A DNA stretch of 64,000 nucleotides from NCBI GenBank assembly GCA_964057225.1, contig OZ059898.1, positions 16,864,001-16,928,000 on the forward strand, in the 5' to 3' direction. A model generated the notes under the pieces. The model ran no database searches and was not told where the DNA came from. It saw only the letters and a list, made by a program, of their open reading frames with translations. Within the stretch, counting starts at the first letter, position 1; the number at the start of each line of letters is the position of its first letter. Positions 10,001-25,800 of the stretch are shown here, in pieces. This stretch comes from Auanema rhodensis (lineage: Eukaryota > Animalia > Nematoda). The translations under genes and the position numbers were made by a program.

Positions 10001-13000
10001 TGTCCATCGTCTTTGCCTTGAGAAAAGGAATTTGAAAACATCTACTTTTTGCTAAATTATTTTGAAATTTTTCGAAAAAATTTTTGTCAAAATGTTTTTG
10101 GAAGCAATGTTGAGTGTACATGGAAACTCAACATACACTAATGCATCATTTTTCAAACGATCATAACTAATTTTTGTATTAAGCGTTTCTCAATGTAGTA
10201 TAGTGCATTTGATGCGGATTTTTAAGCTGCGTCGATCTGTGTTATCAGATTTGCGCTAGCTTAAAAATGCACCGAGATATCAACTGATATAAGTTCACAC
10301 TTATATCCTCGATTTTCACCCTGAAGAAATAATTTTTTCGTTGAATAACATTGTCCATCGTCTTTGCATTGAAAAAAGGAAGCTAAAAACATCTACTTTT
10401 TGCTAAATTATTTTGAAGTTTTTCGAAAAAATTTTTGTCAAAATGTTTTTGGAAGCAATGTTGAGTGTACATGGAAACTCAACATACACTAATGCATCAT
10501 TTTTCAAACGATCATAACTAATTTTTGTATTAAGCGTTTCTCAATGTAGAATAGTGCATTTGATGCGGATTTTTAAGCTGCGTCGATCTGTGTTATCAGA
10601 TTTGCGCTAGCTTAAAAATGCACCGAGATATCAACTGATATAAGTTCACACTTATATCCTCGATTTTCACCCTGAAGAAATAATTTTTTCGTTGAATAAC
10701 ATTGTCCATCGTCTTTGCCTTGAAAAAAGGAAGCTAAAAACATCTACTTTTTGCTAAATTATTTTGAAGTTTTTCGAAAAAATTTTTGTCAAAATGTTTT
10801 TGGAAGCAATGTTGAGTGTACATGGAAACTCAACATACACTAATGCATCATTTTTCAAACGATCATAACTAATTTTTGTATTAAGCGTTTCTCAATGTAG
10901 TATAGTGCATTTGATGCGGATTTTCAAGCTGCGTCGATCTGTGTTATCAGATTGGCGCTAGCTTAAAAATGCACCGAGATATCAACTGATATAAGTTCAC
11001 ACTTATATCCTCGATTTTCACCCTGAAGAAATAATTTTTTCGTTGAATAACATTGTCCATCGTCTTTGCCTTGAAAAAAGGAATCTAAAAACATCTACTT
11101 TTCGCTAAATTATTTTGAAGTTTTTCGAAAAAATTTTTGTCAAAATGTTTTTGGAAGCAATGTTGAGTGTACATGGAAACTCAACATACACTAATGCATC
11201 ATTTTTCAAACGATCATAACTAATTTTTGTATTAAGCGTTTCTCAATGTAGTATAGTGCATTCGATGCGGATTTTCAAGCTGCGTCGATCTGTGTTATGA
11301 GATTTGCGCTATCTTAAAAATGCACCGAGATATCAACTGATATAAGTTCACACTTATATCCTCGATTTTCATCCTGAAGAAATAATTTTTTTGTTGAATA
11401 ACATTGTCCATCGTCTTTGCCTCGAAAAAAAGAATCTAAAAACATCTACTTTTTGCTAAATTATTTTGAAGTTTTTCGAAAAAATTTTTGTCAAAATGTT
11501 TTTGGAAGCAATGTTGAGTGTACATGGAAACTCAACATACACTAATGCATCATTTTTCAAACGATCATAACTAATTTTTGTATTAAGCGTTTCTCAATGT
11601 AGTATAGTGCATTCGATGCGGATTTTTAAGCTGCGTCGATCTGTGTTATGAGATTTGCGCTAGCTTAAAAATGCACCGAGATATCAACTGATATAAGTTC
11701 ACACTTATATCCTCGATTTTCACCCTGAAGAATTAATTTTTTCGTTGAATAACATTGTCCATCGTCTTTGCTTTGAAAAAAGGAATCTAAAAACATCTAC
11801 TTTTTGCTAAATTATTTTGAAATTTTTCGAAAAAATTTTTGTCAAAATGTTTTTGGAAGCAATGTTGAGTGTACATGGAAACTCAACATACACTAATGCA
11901 TCATTTTTCAAACGATCATAACTAATTTTTGTATTAAGCGTTTCTCAATGTAGTATAGTGCATTCGATGCGGATTTTTAAGCTGCGTCGATCTGTGTTAT
12001 GAGATTTGCGCTAGCTTAAAAATGCACCGAGATATCAACTGATATAAGTTCACACTTATATCCTCGATTTTCACCCTGAAGAAATAATTTTTCTCGTTGA
12101 ATAACATTGTCCATCGTCTTTGCCTTGAAAAAAGGAATCTAAAAACATCTACTTTTTGCTAAATTATTCTGAAATTTTTCGAAAAAATTTTTGTCAAAAT
12201 GTTTTTGGAAGCAATGTTGAGTGTACATGGAAACTCAACATACACTAATGCATCATTTTTCAAACGATCATAACTAATTTTTGTATTAAGCGTTTCTCAA
12301 TGTAGTATAGTGCATTCGATGCGGATTTTTAAGCTGCGTCAATCTGTGTTATGAGATTTGCGCTAGCTTGAAAATGCACCGAGATATCAACTGATATAAG
12401 TTCACACTTATATCCTCGATTTTCACCCTGAAGAAATAATTTTTTCGTTGAATAACATTGTCCATCGTCTTTGCCTTGAAAAAAGGAATCTAAAAACATC
12501 TACTTTTTGCTAAATTATTTTGAAGTTTTTCGAAAAAATTTTTGTCAAAATGTTTTTGGAAGCAATGTTGAGTGTACATGGAAACTCAACATACACTAAT
12601 GCATCATTTTTCAAACGATCATAACTAATTTTTGTATTAAGCGTTTCTCAATGTAGTATAGTGCATTCGATGCGGATTTTTAAGCTGCGTCGATCTGTGT
12701 TATGAGATTTGCGCTAGCTTAAAAATGCACCGAGATATCAACTGATATAAGTTCACACTTATATCCTCGATTTTCACCCTGAAGAAATAATTTTTTCGTT
12801 GAATAACATTGTCCATCGTCTTTGCCTTGAAAAAAGGAATCTAAAAACATCTACTTTTTGCTAAATTATTTTGAAGTTTTTCGAAAAAATTTTTGTCAAA
12901 ATGTTTTTGGAAGCAATGTTGAGTGTACATGGAAACTCAACATACACTAATGCATCATTTTTCAAACGATCATAACTAATTTTTGTATTAAGCGTTTCTC

Positions 13001-16000
13001 AATGTAGTATAGTGCATTCGATGCGGATTTTTAAGCTGCGTCGATCTGTGTTATGAGATTTGCGCTAGCTTAAAAATGCACCGAGATATCAACTGATATA
13101 AGTTCACACTTATATCCTCGATTTTCACCCTGAAGAATTAATTTTTTCGTTGAATAACATTGTCCATCGTCTTTGCTTTGAAAAAAGGAATCTAAAAACA
13201 TCTACTTTTTGCTAAATTATTTTGAAATTTTTCGAAAAAATTTTTGTCAAAATGTTTTTGGAAGCAATGTTGAGTGTACATGGAAACTCAACATACACTA
13301 ATGCATCATTTTTCAAACGATCATAACTAATTTTTGTATTAAGCGTTTCTCAATGTAGTATAGTGCATTCGATGCGGATTTTTAAGCTGCGTCGATCTGT
13401 GTTATGAGATTTGCGCTAGCTTAAAAATGCACCGAGATATCAACTGATATAAGTTCACACTTATATCCTCGATTTTCACCCTGAAGAAATAATTTTTCTC
13501 GTTGAATAACATTGTCCATCGTCTTTGCCTTGAAAAAAGGAATCTAAAAACATCTACTTTTTGCTAAATTATTCTGAAATTTTTCGAAAAAATTTTTGTC
13601 AAAATGTTTTTGGAAGCAATGTTGAGTGTACATGGAAACTCAACATACACTAATGCATCATTTTTCAAACGATCATAACTAATTTTTGTATTAAGCGTTT
13701 CTCAATGTAGTATAGTGCATTCGATGCGGATTTTTAAGCTGCGTCAATCTGTGTTATGAGATTTGCGCTAGCTTGAAAATGCACCGAGATATCAACTGAT
13801 ATAAGTTCACACTTATATCCTCGATTTTCACCCTGAAGAAATAATTTTTTCGTTGAATAACATTGTCCATCGTCTTTGCCTTGAAAAAAGGAATCTAAAA
13901 ACATCTACTTTTTGCTAAATTATCTTGAAGTTTTTCGAAAAAATTTTTGTCAAAATGTTTTTGGAAGCAATGTTGAGTGTACATGGAAACTCAACATACA
14001 CTAATGCATCATTTTTCAAACGATCATAACTAATTTTTGTATTAAGCGTTTCTCAATGTAGTATAGTGCATTCGATGCGGATTTTCAAGCTGCGTCGATC
14101 TGTGTTATCAGATTTGCGCTAGCTTAAAAATGCACCGAGATATCAACTGATATAAGTTCACACTTATATCCTCGATTTTCACCCTGAAGAATTAATTTTT
14201 TTGTTGAATAACATTGCCCATCGTCTTTGCCTTGAAAAAAGGAATCTAAAAACATCTACTTTTTGCTAAATTATTTTGAAATTTTTCGAAAAAATTTTTG
14301 TCAAAATGTTTTTGGAAGCAATGTTGAGTGTACATGGAAACTCAACATACACTAATGCATCATTTTTCAAACGATCATAACTAAATTTTGTATTAAGCGT
14401 TTCTCAATGTAGTATAGTGCATTCGATGCGGATTTTTAAGCTGCGTCGATCTGTGTTATCAGATTTGCGCTAGCTTAAAAATGCACCGAGATATCAACTG
14501 ATATAAGTTCACACTTATATCCTCGATTTTCACCCTGAAGAAATAATTTTTTCGTTGAATAACATTGTCCATCGTCTTTGCCTTGAGAAAAGGAATTTGA
14601 AAACATCTACTTTTTGCTGAATTATTTTGAAATTTTTCGAAAAAATTTTTGTCAAAATGTTTTTGGAAGCAATGTTGAGTGTACATGGAAACTCAACATA
14701 CAATAATGCACCATTTTTCAAACAATCATAACTAATTTTTGTATTAAGCATTTTTCAATGTAGTATAGTGCATTTGATGCGGATTTTTAAGCTGCGTCGA
14801 TCTGTGTTATCAAATTTGCGCTAGCTTAAAAATGCACCGAGATATCAACTGATATAAGTTCACACTTATATCCTCGATTTTCACCCTGAAGAAATAATTT
14901 TTTTCGTTGAATAACATTGTCCATCGTCTTGGCCTTGAAAAAAGGAATCTAAAAACATCTACTTTTTGCTAAATTATTCTGAAATTTTTCGAAAAAATTT
15001 TTGTCAAAATGTTTTTGGATGCAATTTTGAGTGTACATGGAAACTCAACATACACTAATGCATCATTTTTCAAACGATCATAACTAATTTTTGTATTAAG
15101 CGTTTCTCAATGTAGAATAGTGCATTTGATGCGGATTTTTAAGCTGCGTCGATCTGTGTTATCAGATTTGCGCTAGCTTAAAAATGCACCGAGATATCAA
15201 CTGATATAAGTTCACACTTATATCCTCGATTTTCACCCTGAAGAAATAATTTTTTCGTTGAATAACATTGTCCATCGTCTTTGCCTTGAAAAAAAGAATC
15301 TAAAAACATCTACTTTTTGCTAAATTATTTTGAAGTTTTTCGAAAAAATTTTTGTCAAAATGTTTTTGGAAGCAATGTTGAGTGTACATGGAAACTCAAC
15401 ATACACTAATGCATCATTTTTCAAACGATCATAACTAATTTTTGTATTAAGCGTTTTTCAATGTAGTATAGTGCATTCGATGCGGATTTTCAAGCTGCGT
15501 CGATCTGTGTTATCAGATTTGCGCTAGCTTAAAAATGCACCGAGATATCAACTGATATAAGTTCACACTTATATCCTCGATTTTCACCCTGAAGAAATAA
15601 TTTTTTCGTTGAATAACATTGTCCATCGTCTTTGCCTTGAAAAAAGGAATCTAAAAACATCTACTTTTTGCTAAATTATTATGAAATTTTTCGAAAAAAT
15701 TTTTGTCAAAATGTTTTTGGAAGCAATGTTGAGTGTACATGGAAACTCAACATACACTAATGCATCATTTTTCAAACGATCATAACTAATTTTTGTATTA
15801 AGCGTTTCTCAATGTAGTATAGTGCATTCGATGCGGATTTTTAAGCTGCGTCGATCTGTGTTATCAGATTTGCGCTAGCTTAAAAATGCACCGAGATATC
15901 AACTGATATAAGTTCACACTTATATCCTCGATTTTCACCCTGAAGAAATAATTTTTTCGTTGAATAACATTGTCCATCGTCTTTGCCTTGAAAAAAAGAA

Positions 16001-16853
16001 TCTAAAAACATCTACTTTTTGCTAAATTATTTTGAAGTTTTTCGAAAAAATTTTTGTCAAAATGTTTTTGGAAGCAATGTTGAGTGTACATGGAAACTCA
16101 ACATACACTAATGCATCATTTTTCAAACGATCATAACTAATTTTTGTATTAAGCGTTTCTCAATGTAGTATAGTGCATTCGATGCGGATTTTCAAGCTGC
16201 GTCGATCTGTGTTATCAGATTTGCGCTAGCTTAAAAATGCACCGAGATATCAACTGATATAAGTTCACACTTATATCCTCGATTTTCACCCTGAAGAAAT
16301 AATTTTTTCGTTGAATAACATTGTCCATCGTCTTTGCCTTGAAAAAAGGAATCTAAAAACATCTACTTTTTGCTAAATTATTATGAAATTTTTCGAAAAA
16401 ATTTTTGTCAAAATGTTTTTGGAAGCAATGTTGAGTGTACATGGAAACTCAACATACACTAATGCATCATTTTTCAAACGATCATAACTAATTTTTGTAT
16501 TAAGCGTTTCTCAATGTAGTATAGTGCATTCGATGCGGATTTTTAAGCTGCGTCGATCTGTGTTATCAGATTTGCGCTAGCTTAAAAATGCACCGAGATA
16601 TCAACTGATATAAGTTCACACTTATATCCTCGATTTTCACCCTGAAGAAATAATTTTTTCGTTGAATAACATTGTCCATCGTCTTTGCCTTGAAAAAAGG
16701 AATCTAAAAACATCTACTTTTTGCTAAATTATTATGAAATTTTTCGAAAAAATTTTTGTCAAAATGTTTTTGGAAGCAATGTTGAGTGTACATGGAAACT
16801 CAACATACACTAATGCATCATTTTTCAAACGATCATAACTAATTTTTGTATTA

Positions 16854-19800
16854 AGCGTTTCTCAATGTAGTATAGTGCATTTGATGCGGATTTTTAAGCT
16901 GCGTCGATCTGTGTTATCAGATTTGCGCTAGCTTGAAAATGCACCGAGATATCAACTGATATAAGTTCACACTTATATCCTCGATTTTCACCCTGAAGAA
17001 ATAATTTTTCGTTGAATAACATTGTCCATCGTCTTTGCCTTGAAAAAAAGAATCTAAAAACATCTACTTTTTGCTAAATTATTTTGAAGTTTTTCGAAAA
17101 AATTTTTGTCAAAATGTTTTTGGAAGCAATGTTGAGTGTACATGGAAACTCAACATACACTAATGCATCATTTTTCAAACGATCATAACTAATTTTTGTA
17201 TTAAGCGTTTCTCAATGTAGTATAGTGCATTCGATGCGGATTTTCAAGCTGCGTCGATCTGTGTTATCAGATTTGCGCTAGCTTAAAAATGCACCGAGAT
17301 ATCAACTGATATAAGTTCACACTTATATCCTCGATTTTCACCCTGAAGAATTAATTTTTTTGTTGAATAACATTGCCCATCGTCTTTGCCTTGAAAAAAG
17401 GAATCTAAAAACATCTACTTTTTGCTAAATTATTTTGAAATTTTTCGAAAAAATTTTTGTCAAAATGTTTTTGGAAGCAATGTTGAGTGTACATGGAAAC
17501 TCAACATACACTAATGCACCATTTTTCAAACAATCATAACTAATTTTTGTATTAAGCGTTTCTCAATGTAGTATAGTGCATTTGATGCGGATTTTTAAGC
17601 TGCGTCGATCTGTGTTATCAGATTTGCGCTAGCTTAAAAATGCACCGAGATATCAACTGATATAAGTTCACACTTATATCCTCGATTTTCACCCTGAAGA
17701 AATAATTTTTTCGTTGAATAACATTGTCCATCGTCTTTGCCTTGAAAAAAGGAATCTAAAAACATCTACTTTTTGCTAAATTATTTTGAAGTTTTTCGAA
17801 AAAATTTTTGTCAAAATGTTTTTGGAAGCAATGTTGAGTGTACATGGAAACTCAACATACACTAATGCATCATTTTTCAAACGATCATAACTAATTTTTG
17901 TATTAAGCGTTTCTCAATGTAGTATAGTGCATTCGATGCGGATTTTCAAGCTGCGTCGATCTGTGTTATCAGATTTGCGCTAGCTTAAAAATGCACCGAG
18001 ATATCAACTGATATAAGTTCACACTTATATCCTCGATTTTCACCCTGAAGAAATAATTTTTTCGTTGAATAACATTGTCCATCGTCTTTGCCTTGAGAAA
18101 AGGAATTTGAAAACATCTACTTTTTGCTAAATTATTTTGAAATTTTTCGAAAAAATTTTTGTCAAAATGTTTTTGGAAGCAATGTTGAGTGTACATGTAA
18201 ACTCAACATACACTAATGCACCATTTTTCAAACAATCATAACTAATTTTTGTATTAAGCATTTTTCAATGTAGTATAGTGCATTTGATGCGGATTTTTAA
18301 GCTGCGTCGATCTGTGTTATCAAATTTGCGCTAGCTTAAAAATGCACCGAGATATCAACTGATATAAGTTCACACTTATATCCTCGATTTTCACCCTGAA
18401 GAAATAATTTTTTCGTTGAATAACATTGTCCATCGTCTTTGCCTTGAAAAAAGGAATCTAAAAACATCTACTTTTTGCTAAATTATTATGAAATTTTTCG
18501 AAAAAATTTTTGTCAAAATGTTTTTGGAAGCAATGTTGAGTGTACATGGAAACTCAACATACACTAATGCATCATTTTTCAAACGATCATAACTAATTTT
18601 TGTATTAAGCGTTTCTCAATGTAGTATAGTGCATTCGATGCGGATTTTTAAGCTGCGTCGATCTGTGTTATCAGATTTGCGCTAGCTTAAAAATGCACCG
18701 AGATATCAACTGATATAAGTTCACACTTATATCCTCGATTTTCACCCTGAAGAAATAATTTTTTCGTTGAATAACATTGTCCATCGTCTTTGCCTTGAAA
18801 AAAGGAATCTAAAAACATCTACTTTTTGCTAAATTATTATGAAATTTTTCGAAAAAATTTTTGTCAAAATGTTTTTGGAAGCAATGTTGAGTGTACATGG
18901 AAACTCAACATACACTAATGCATCATTTTTCAAACGATCATAACTAATTTTTGTATTAAGCGTTTCTCAATGTAGTATAGTGCATTTGATGCGGATTTTT
19001 AAGCTGCGTCGATCTGTGTTATCAGATTTGCGCTAGCTTAAAAATGCACCGAGATATCAACTGATATAAGTTCACACTTATATCCTCGATTTTCACCCTG
19101 AAGAAATAATTTTTTCGTTGAATAACATTGTCCATCGTCTTTGCCTTGAAAAAAGGAAGCTAAAAACATCTACTTTTTGCTAAATTATTTTGAAGTTTTT
19201 CGAAAAAATTTTTGTCAAAATGTTTTTGGAAGCAATGTTGAGTGTACATGGAAACTCAACATACACTAATGCATCATTTTTCAAACGATCATAACTAATT
19301 TTTGTATTAAGCGTTTCTCAATGTAGAATAGTGCATTTGATGCGGATTTTTAAGCTGCGTCGATCTGTGTTATCAGATTTGCGCTAGCTTAAAAATGCAC
19401 CGAGATATCAACTGATATAAGTTCACACTTATATCCTCGATTTTCACCCTGAAGAAATAATTTTTTCGTTGAATAACATTGTCCATCGTCTTTGCCTTGA
19501 AAAAAGGAAGCTAAAAACATCTACTTTTTGCTAAATTATTTTGAAGTTTTTCGAAAAAATTTTTGTCAAAATGTTTTTGGAAGCAATGTTGAGTGTACAT
19601 GGAAACTCAACATACACTAATGCATCATTTTTCAAACGATCATAACTAATTTTTGTATTAAGCGTTTCTCAATGTAGTATAGTGCATTTGATGCGGATTT
19701 TTAAGCTGCGTCGATCTGTGTTATCAGATTGGCGCTAGCTTAAAAATGCACCGAGATATCAACTGATATAAGTTCACACTTATATCCTCGATTTTCACCC

Positions 19801-22800
19801 TGAAGAAATAATTTTTTCGTTGAATAACATTGTCCATCGTCTTTGCCTTGAAAAAAGGAATCTAAAAACATCTACTTTTTGCTAAATTATTTTGAAATTT
19901 TTCGAAAAAATTTTTGTCAAAATGTTTTTGGAAGCAATGTTGAGTGTACATGGAAACTCAACATACACTAATGCATCATTTTTCAAACGATCATAACTAA
20001 TTTTTGTATTAAGCGTTTCTCAATGTAGTATAGTGCATTTGATGCGGATTTTTAAGCTGCGTTGATCTGTGTTATCAGATTTGCGCTATCTTAAAAATGC
20101 ACCGAGATATCAACTGATATAAGTTCACACTTATATCCTCGATTTTCATCCTGAAGAAATAATTTTTTTGTTGAATAACATTGTCCATCGTCTTTGCCTC
20201 GAAAAAAAGAATCTAAAAACATCTACTTTTTGCTAAATTATTTTGAAGTTTTTCGAAAAAATTTTTGTCAAAATGTTTTTGGAAGCAATGTTGAGTGTAC
20301 ATGGAAACTCAACATACACTAATGCATCATTTTTCAAACGATCATAACTAATTTTTGTATTAAGCGTTTCTCAATGTAGTATAGTGCATTCGATGCGGAT
20401 TTTTAAGCTGCGTCGATCTGTGTTATCAGATTTGCGCTAGCTTAAAAATGCACCGAGATATCAACTGATATAAGTTCACACTTATATCCTCGATTTTCAC
20501 CCTGAAGAATTAATTTTTTTGTTGAATAACATTGCCCATCGTCTTTGCCTTGAAAAAAGGAATCTAAAAACATCTACTTTTTGCTAAATTATTTTGAAAT
20601 TTTTCGAAAAAATTTTTGTCAAAATGTTTTTGGAAGCAATGTTGAGTGTACATGGAAACTCAACATACACTAATGCATCATTTTTCAAACGATCATAACA
20701 AATTTTTGTATTAAGCGTTTCTCAATGTAGTATAGTGCATTCGATGCGGATTTTTAAGCTGCGTCGATCTGTGTTATGAGATTTGCGCTAGCTTAAAAAT
20801 GCACCGAGATATCAACTGATATAAGTTCACACTTATATCCTCGATTTTCACCCTGAAGAATTAATTTTTTCGTTGAATAACATTGTCCATCGTCTTTGCT
20901 TTGAAAAAAGGAATCTAAAAACATCTACTTTTTGCTAAATTATTTTGAAATTTTTCGAAAAAATTTTTGTCAAAATGTTTTTGGAAGCAATGTTGAGTGT
21001 ACATGGAAACTCAACATACACTAATGCATCATTTTTCAAACGATCATAACTAATTTTTGTATTAAGCGTTTCTCAATGTAGTATAGTGCATTCGATGCGG
21101 ATTTTTAAACTGCGTCGATCTGTGTTATCAGATTTGCGCTAGCTTAAAAATGCACCGAGATATCAACTGATATAAGTTCACACTTATATCTTCGATTTTC
21201 ACCCTGAAGAAATAATTTTTCTCGTTGAATAACATTGTCCATCGTCTTTGCCTTGAAAAAAGGAATCTAAAAACATCTACTTTTTGCTAAATTATTCTGA
21301 AATTTTTCGAAAAAATTTTTGTCAAAATGTTTTTGGAAGCAATGTTGAGTGTACATGGAAACTCAACATACACTAATGCATCATTTTTCAAACGATCATA
21401 ACTAATTTTTGTATTAAGCGTTTCTCAATGTAGTATAGTGCATTTGATGCGGATTTTTAAGCTGCGTCGATCTGTGTTATCAGATTGGCGCTAGCTTAAA
21501 AATGCACCGAGATATCAACTGATATAAGTTCACACTTATATCCTCGATTTTCACCCTGAAGAAATAATTTTTTCGTTGAATAACATTGTCCATCGTCTTT
21601 GCCTTGAAAAAAGGAATCTAAAAACATCTACTTTTTGCTAAATTATTTTGAAATTTTTCGAAAAAATTTTTGTCAAAATGTTTTTGGAAGCAATGTTGAG
21701 TGTACATGGAAACTCAACATACACTAATGCATCATTTTTCAAACGATCATAACTAATTTTTGTATTAAGCGTTTCTCAATGTAGTATAGTGCATTTGATG
21801 CGGATTTTTAAGCTGCGTTGATCTGTGTTATCAGATTTGCGCTAGCTTAAAAATGCACCGAGATATCAACTGATATAAGTTCACACTTATATCCTCGATT
21901 TTCACCCTGAAGAAAGAATTTTTTCGTTGAATAACATTGTCCATCGTCTTTGCCTTGAAAAAAGGAAGCTAAAAACATCTACTTTTTGCTAAATTATTTT
22001 GAAGTTTTTCGAAAAAATTTTTGTCAAAATGTTTTTGGAAGCAATGTTGAGTGTACATGGAAACTCAACATACACTAATGCATCATTTTTCAAACGATCA
22101 TAACTAATTTTTGTATTAAGCGTTTCTCAATGTAGAATAGTGCATTTGATGCGGATTTTTAAGCTGCGTCGATCTGTGTTATCAGATTTGCGCTAGCTTA
22201 AAAATGCACCGAGATATCAACTGATATAAGTTCACACTTATATCCTCGATTTTCACCCTGAAGAAATAATTTTTTCGTTGAATAACATTGTCCATCGTCT
22301 TTGCCTTGAAAAAAGGAAGCTAAAAACATCTACTTTTTGCTAAATTATTTTGAAGTTTTTCGAAAAAATTTTTGTCAAAATGTTTTTGGAAGCAATGTTG
22401 AGTGTACATGGAAACTCAACATACACTAATGCATCATTTTTCAAACGATCATAACTAATTTTTGTATTAAGCGTTTCTCAATGTAGTATAGTGCATTCGA
22501 TGCGGATTTTCAAGCTGCGTCGATCTGTGTTATGAGATTTGCGCTATCTTAAAAATGCACCGAGATATCAACTGATATAAGTTCACACTTATATCCTCGA
22601 TTTTCATCCTGAAGAAATAATTTTTTTGTTGAATAACATTGTCCATCGTCTTTGCCTCGAAAAAAAGAATCTAAAAACATCTACTTTTTGCTAAATTATT
22701 TTGAAGTTTTTCGAAAAAATTTTTGTCAAAATGTTTTTGGAAGCAATGTTGAGTGTACATGGAAACTCAACATACACTAATGCATCATTTTTCAAACGAT

Positions 22801-25800
22801 CATAACTAATTTTTGTATTAAGCGTTTCTCAATGTAGTATAGTGCATTCGATGCGGATTTTTAAGCTGCGTCGATCTGTGTTATCAGATTTGCGCTAGCT
22901 TAAAAATGCACCGAGATATCAACTGATATAAGTTCACACTTATATCCTCGATTTTCACCCTGAAGAATTAATTTTTTTGTTGAATAACATTGCCCATCGT
23001 CTTTGCCTTGAAAAAAGGAATCTAAAAACATCTACTTTTTGCTAAATTATTTTGAAATTTTTCGAAAAAATTTTTGTCAAAATGTTTTTGGAAGCAATGT
23101 TGAGTGTACATGGAAACTCAACATACACTAATGCATCATTTTTCAAACGATCATAACAAATTTTTGTATTAAGCGTTTCTCAATGTAGTATAGTGCATTC
23201 GATGCGGATTTTTAAGCTGCGTCGATCTGTGTTATGAGATTTGCGCTAGCTTAAAAATGCACCGAGATATCAACTGATATAAGTTCACACTTATATCCTC
23301 GATTTTCACCCTGAAGAATTAATTTTTTCGTTGAATAACATTGTCCATCGTCTTTGCTTTGAAAAAAGGAATCTAAAAACATCTACTTTTTGCTAAATTA
23401 TTTTGAAATTTTTCGAAAAAATTTTTGTCAAAATGTTTTTGGAAGCAATGTTGAGTGTACATGGAAACTCAACATACACTAATGCATCATTTTTCAAACG
23501 ATCATAACTAATTTTTGTATTAAGCGTTTCTCAATGTAGTATAGTGCATTCGATGCGGATTTTTAAACTGCGTCGATCTGTGTTATCAGATTTGCGCTAG
23601 CTTAAAAATGCACCGAGATATCAACTGATATAAGTTCACACTTATATCTTCGATTTTCACCCTGAAGAAATAATTTTTCTCGTTGAATAACATTGTCCAT
23701 CGTCTTTGCCTTGAAAAAAGGAATCTAAAAACATCTACTTTTTGCTAAATTATTCTGAAATTTTTCGAAAAAATTTTTGTCAAAATGTTTTTGGAAGCAA
23801 TGTTGAGTGTACATGGAAACTCAACATACACTAATGCATCATTTTTCAAACGATCATAACTAATTTTTGTATTAAGCGTTTCTCAATGTAGTATAGTGCA
23901 TTCGATGCGGATTTTTAAGCTGCGTCGATCTGTGTTATGAGATTTGCGCTAGCTTAAAAATGCACCGAGATATCAACTGATATAAGTTCACACTTAATCC
24001 TCGATTTTCACCCTGAAGAATTAATTTTTTTGTTGAATAACATTGCCCATCGTCTTTGCCTTGAAAAAAGGAATCTAAAAACATCTACTTTTTGCTAAAT
24101 TATTTTGAAATTTTTCGAAAAAATTTTTGTCAAAATGTTTTTGGAAGCAATGTTGAGTGTACATGGAAACTCAACATACACTAATGCATCATTTTTCAAA
24201 CGATCATAACTAAATTTTGTATTAAGCGTTTCTCAATGTAGTATAGTGCATTCGATGCGGATTTTTAAGCTGCGTCGATCTGTGTTATCAGATTTGCGCT
24301 AGCTTAAAAATGCACCGAGATATCAACTGATATAAGTTCACACTTATATCCTCGATTTTCACCCTGAAGAAATAATTTTTTCGTTGAATAACATTGTCCA
24401 TCGTCTTTGCCTTGAGAAAAGGAATCTAAAAACATCTACTTCTTGCTAAATTATTTTGAAATTTTTCGAAAAAATTTTTGTCAAAATGTTTTTGGATGCA
24501 ATTTTGAGTGTACATGGAAACTCAACATACACTAATGCATCATTTTTCAAACGATCATAACTAATTTTTGTATTAAGCGTTTCTCAATGTAGTATAGTGC
24601 ATTTGATGCGGATTTTTAAGCTGCGTCGATCTGTGTTATCAAATTTGCGCTAGCTTAAAAATGCACCGAGATATCAACTGATATAAGTTCACACTTATAT
24701 CCTCGATTTTCACCCTGAAGAAATAATTTTTTGTTGAATAACATTGTCCATCGTCTTTGCCTTGAAAAAAGGAATCTAAAAACATCTACTTTTTGCTAAA
24801 TTATTTTGAAATTTTCCGAAAAAATTTTTGTCAAAATGTTTTTGGAAGCAATGTTGAGTGTACATGGAAACTCAACATACACTAATGCATCATTTTTCAA
24901 ACGATCATAACTAATTTTTGTATTAAGCGTTTCTCAATGTAGTATAGTGCATTCGATGCGGATTTTTAAACTGCGTCGATCTGTGTTATCAGATTTGCGC
25001 TAGCTTAAAAATGCACCGAGATATCAACTGATATAAGTTCACACTTATATCTTCGATTTTCACCCTGAAGAAATAATTTTTCTCGTTGAATAACATTGTC
25101 CATCGTCTTTGCCTTGAAAAAAGGAATCTAAAAACATCTACTTTTTGCTAAATTATTCTGAAATTTTTCGAAAAAATTTTTGTCAAAATGTTTTTGGAAG
25201 CAATGTTGAGTGTACATGGAAACTCAACATACACTAATGCATCATTTTTCAAACGATCATAACTAATTTTTGTATTAAGCGTTTCTCAATGTAGTATAGT
25301 GCATTCGATGCGGATTCTTAAGCTGCGTCGATCTGTGTTATGAGATTTGCGCTAGCTTAAAAATGCACCGAGATATCAACTGATATAAGTTCACACTTAT
25401 ATCCTCGATTTTCACCCTGAAGAAATAATTTTTCTCGTTGAATAACATTGTCCATCGTCTTTGCCTTGAAAAAAGGAATCTAAAAACATCTACTTTTTGC
25501 TAAATTATTCTGAAATTTTTCGAAAAAATTTTTGTCAAAATGTTTTTGGAAGCAATGTTGAGTGTACATGGAAACTCAACATACACTAATGCATCATTTT
25601 TCAAACGATCATAACTAATTTTTGTATTAAGCGTTTCTCAATGTAGTATAGTGCATTCGATGCGGATTTTTAAGCTGCGTCAATCTGTGTTATGAGATTT
25701 GCGCTAGCTTAAAAATGCACCGAGATATCAACTGATATAAGTTCACACTTATATCCTCGATTTTCACCCTGAAGAAATAATTTTTTCGTTGAATAACATT

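Larger units (their letters stand above)
1..15098 (+). repeat. Higher-order block A, copy 1 (M1-M43; its left edge may lie outside the window)
   Basis: The ordered series of diagnostic variants is repeated at 16854-35110. Examples: the 350-bp M1 with GCTTGAAAA, the CTTAATCC deletion, ACTTCTTGC, AAGGGATC, TGCATTGAAA and TTGGCC. Confidence 0.88.
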
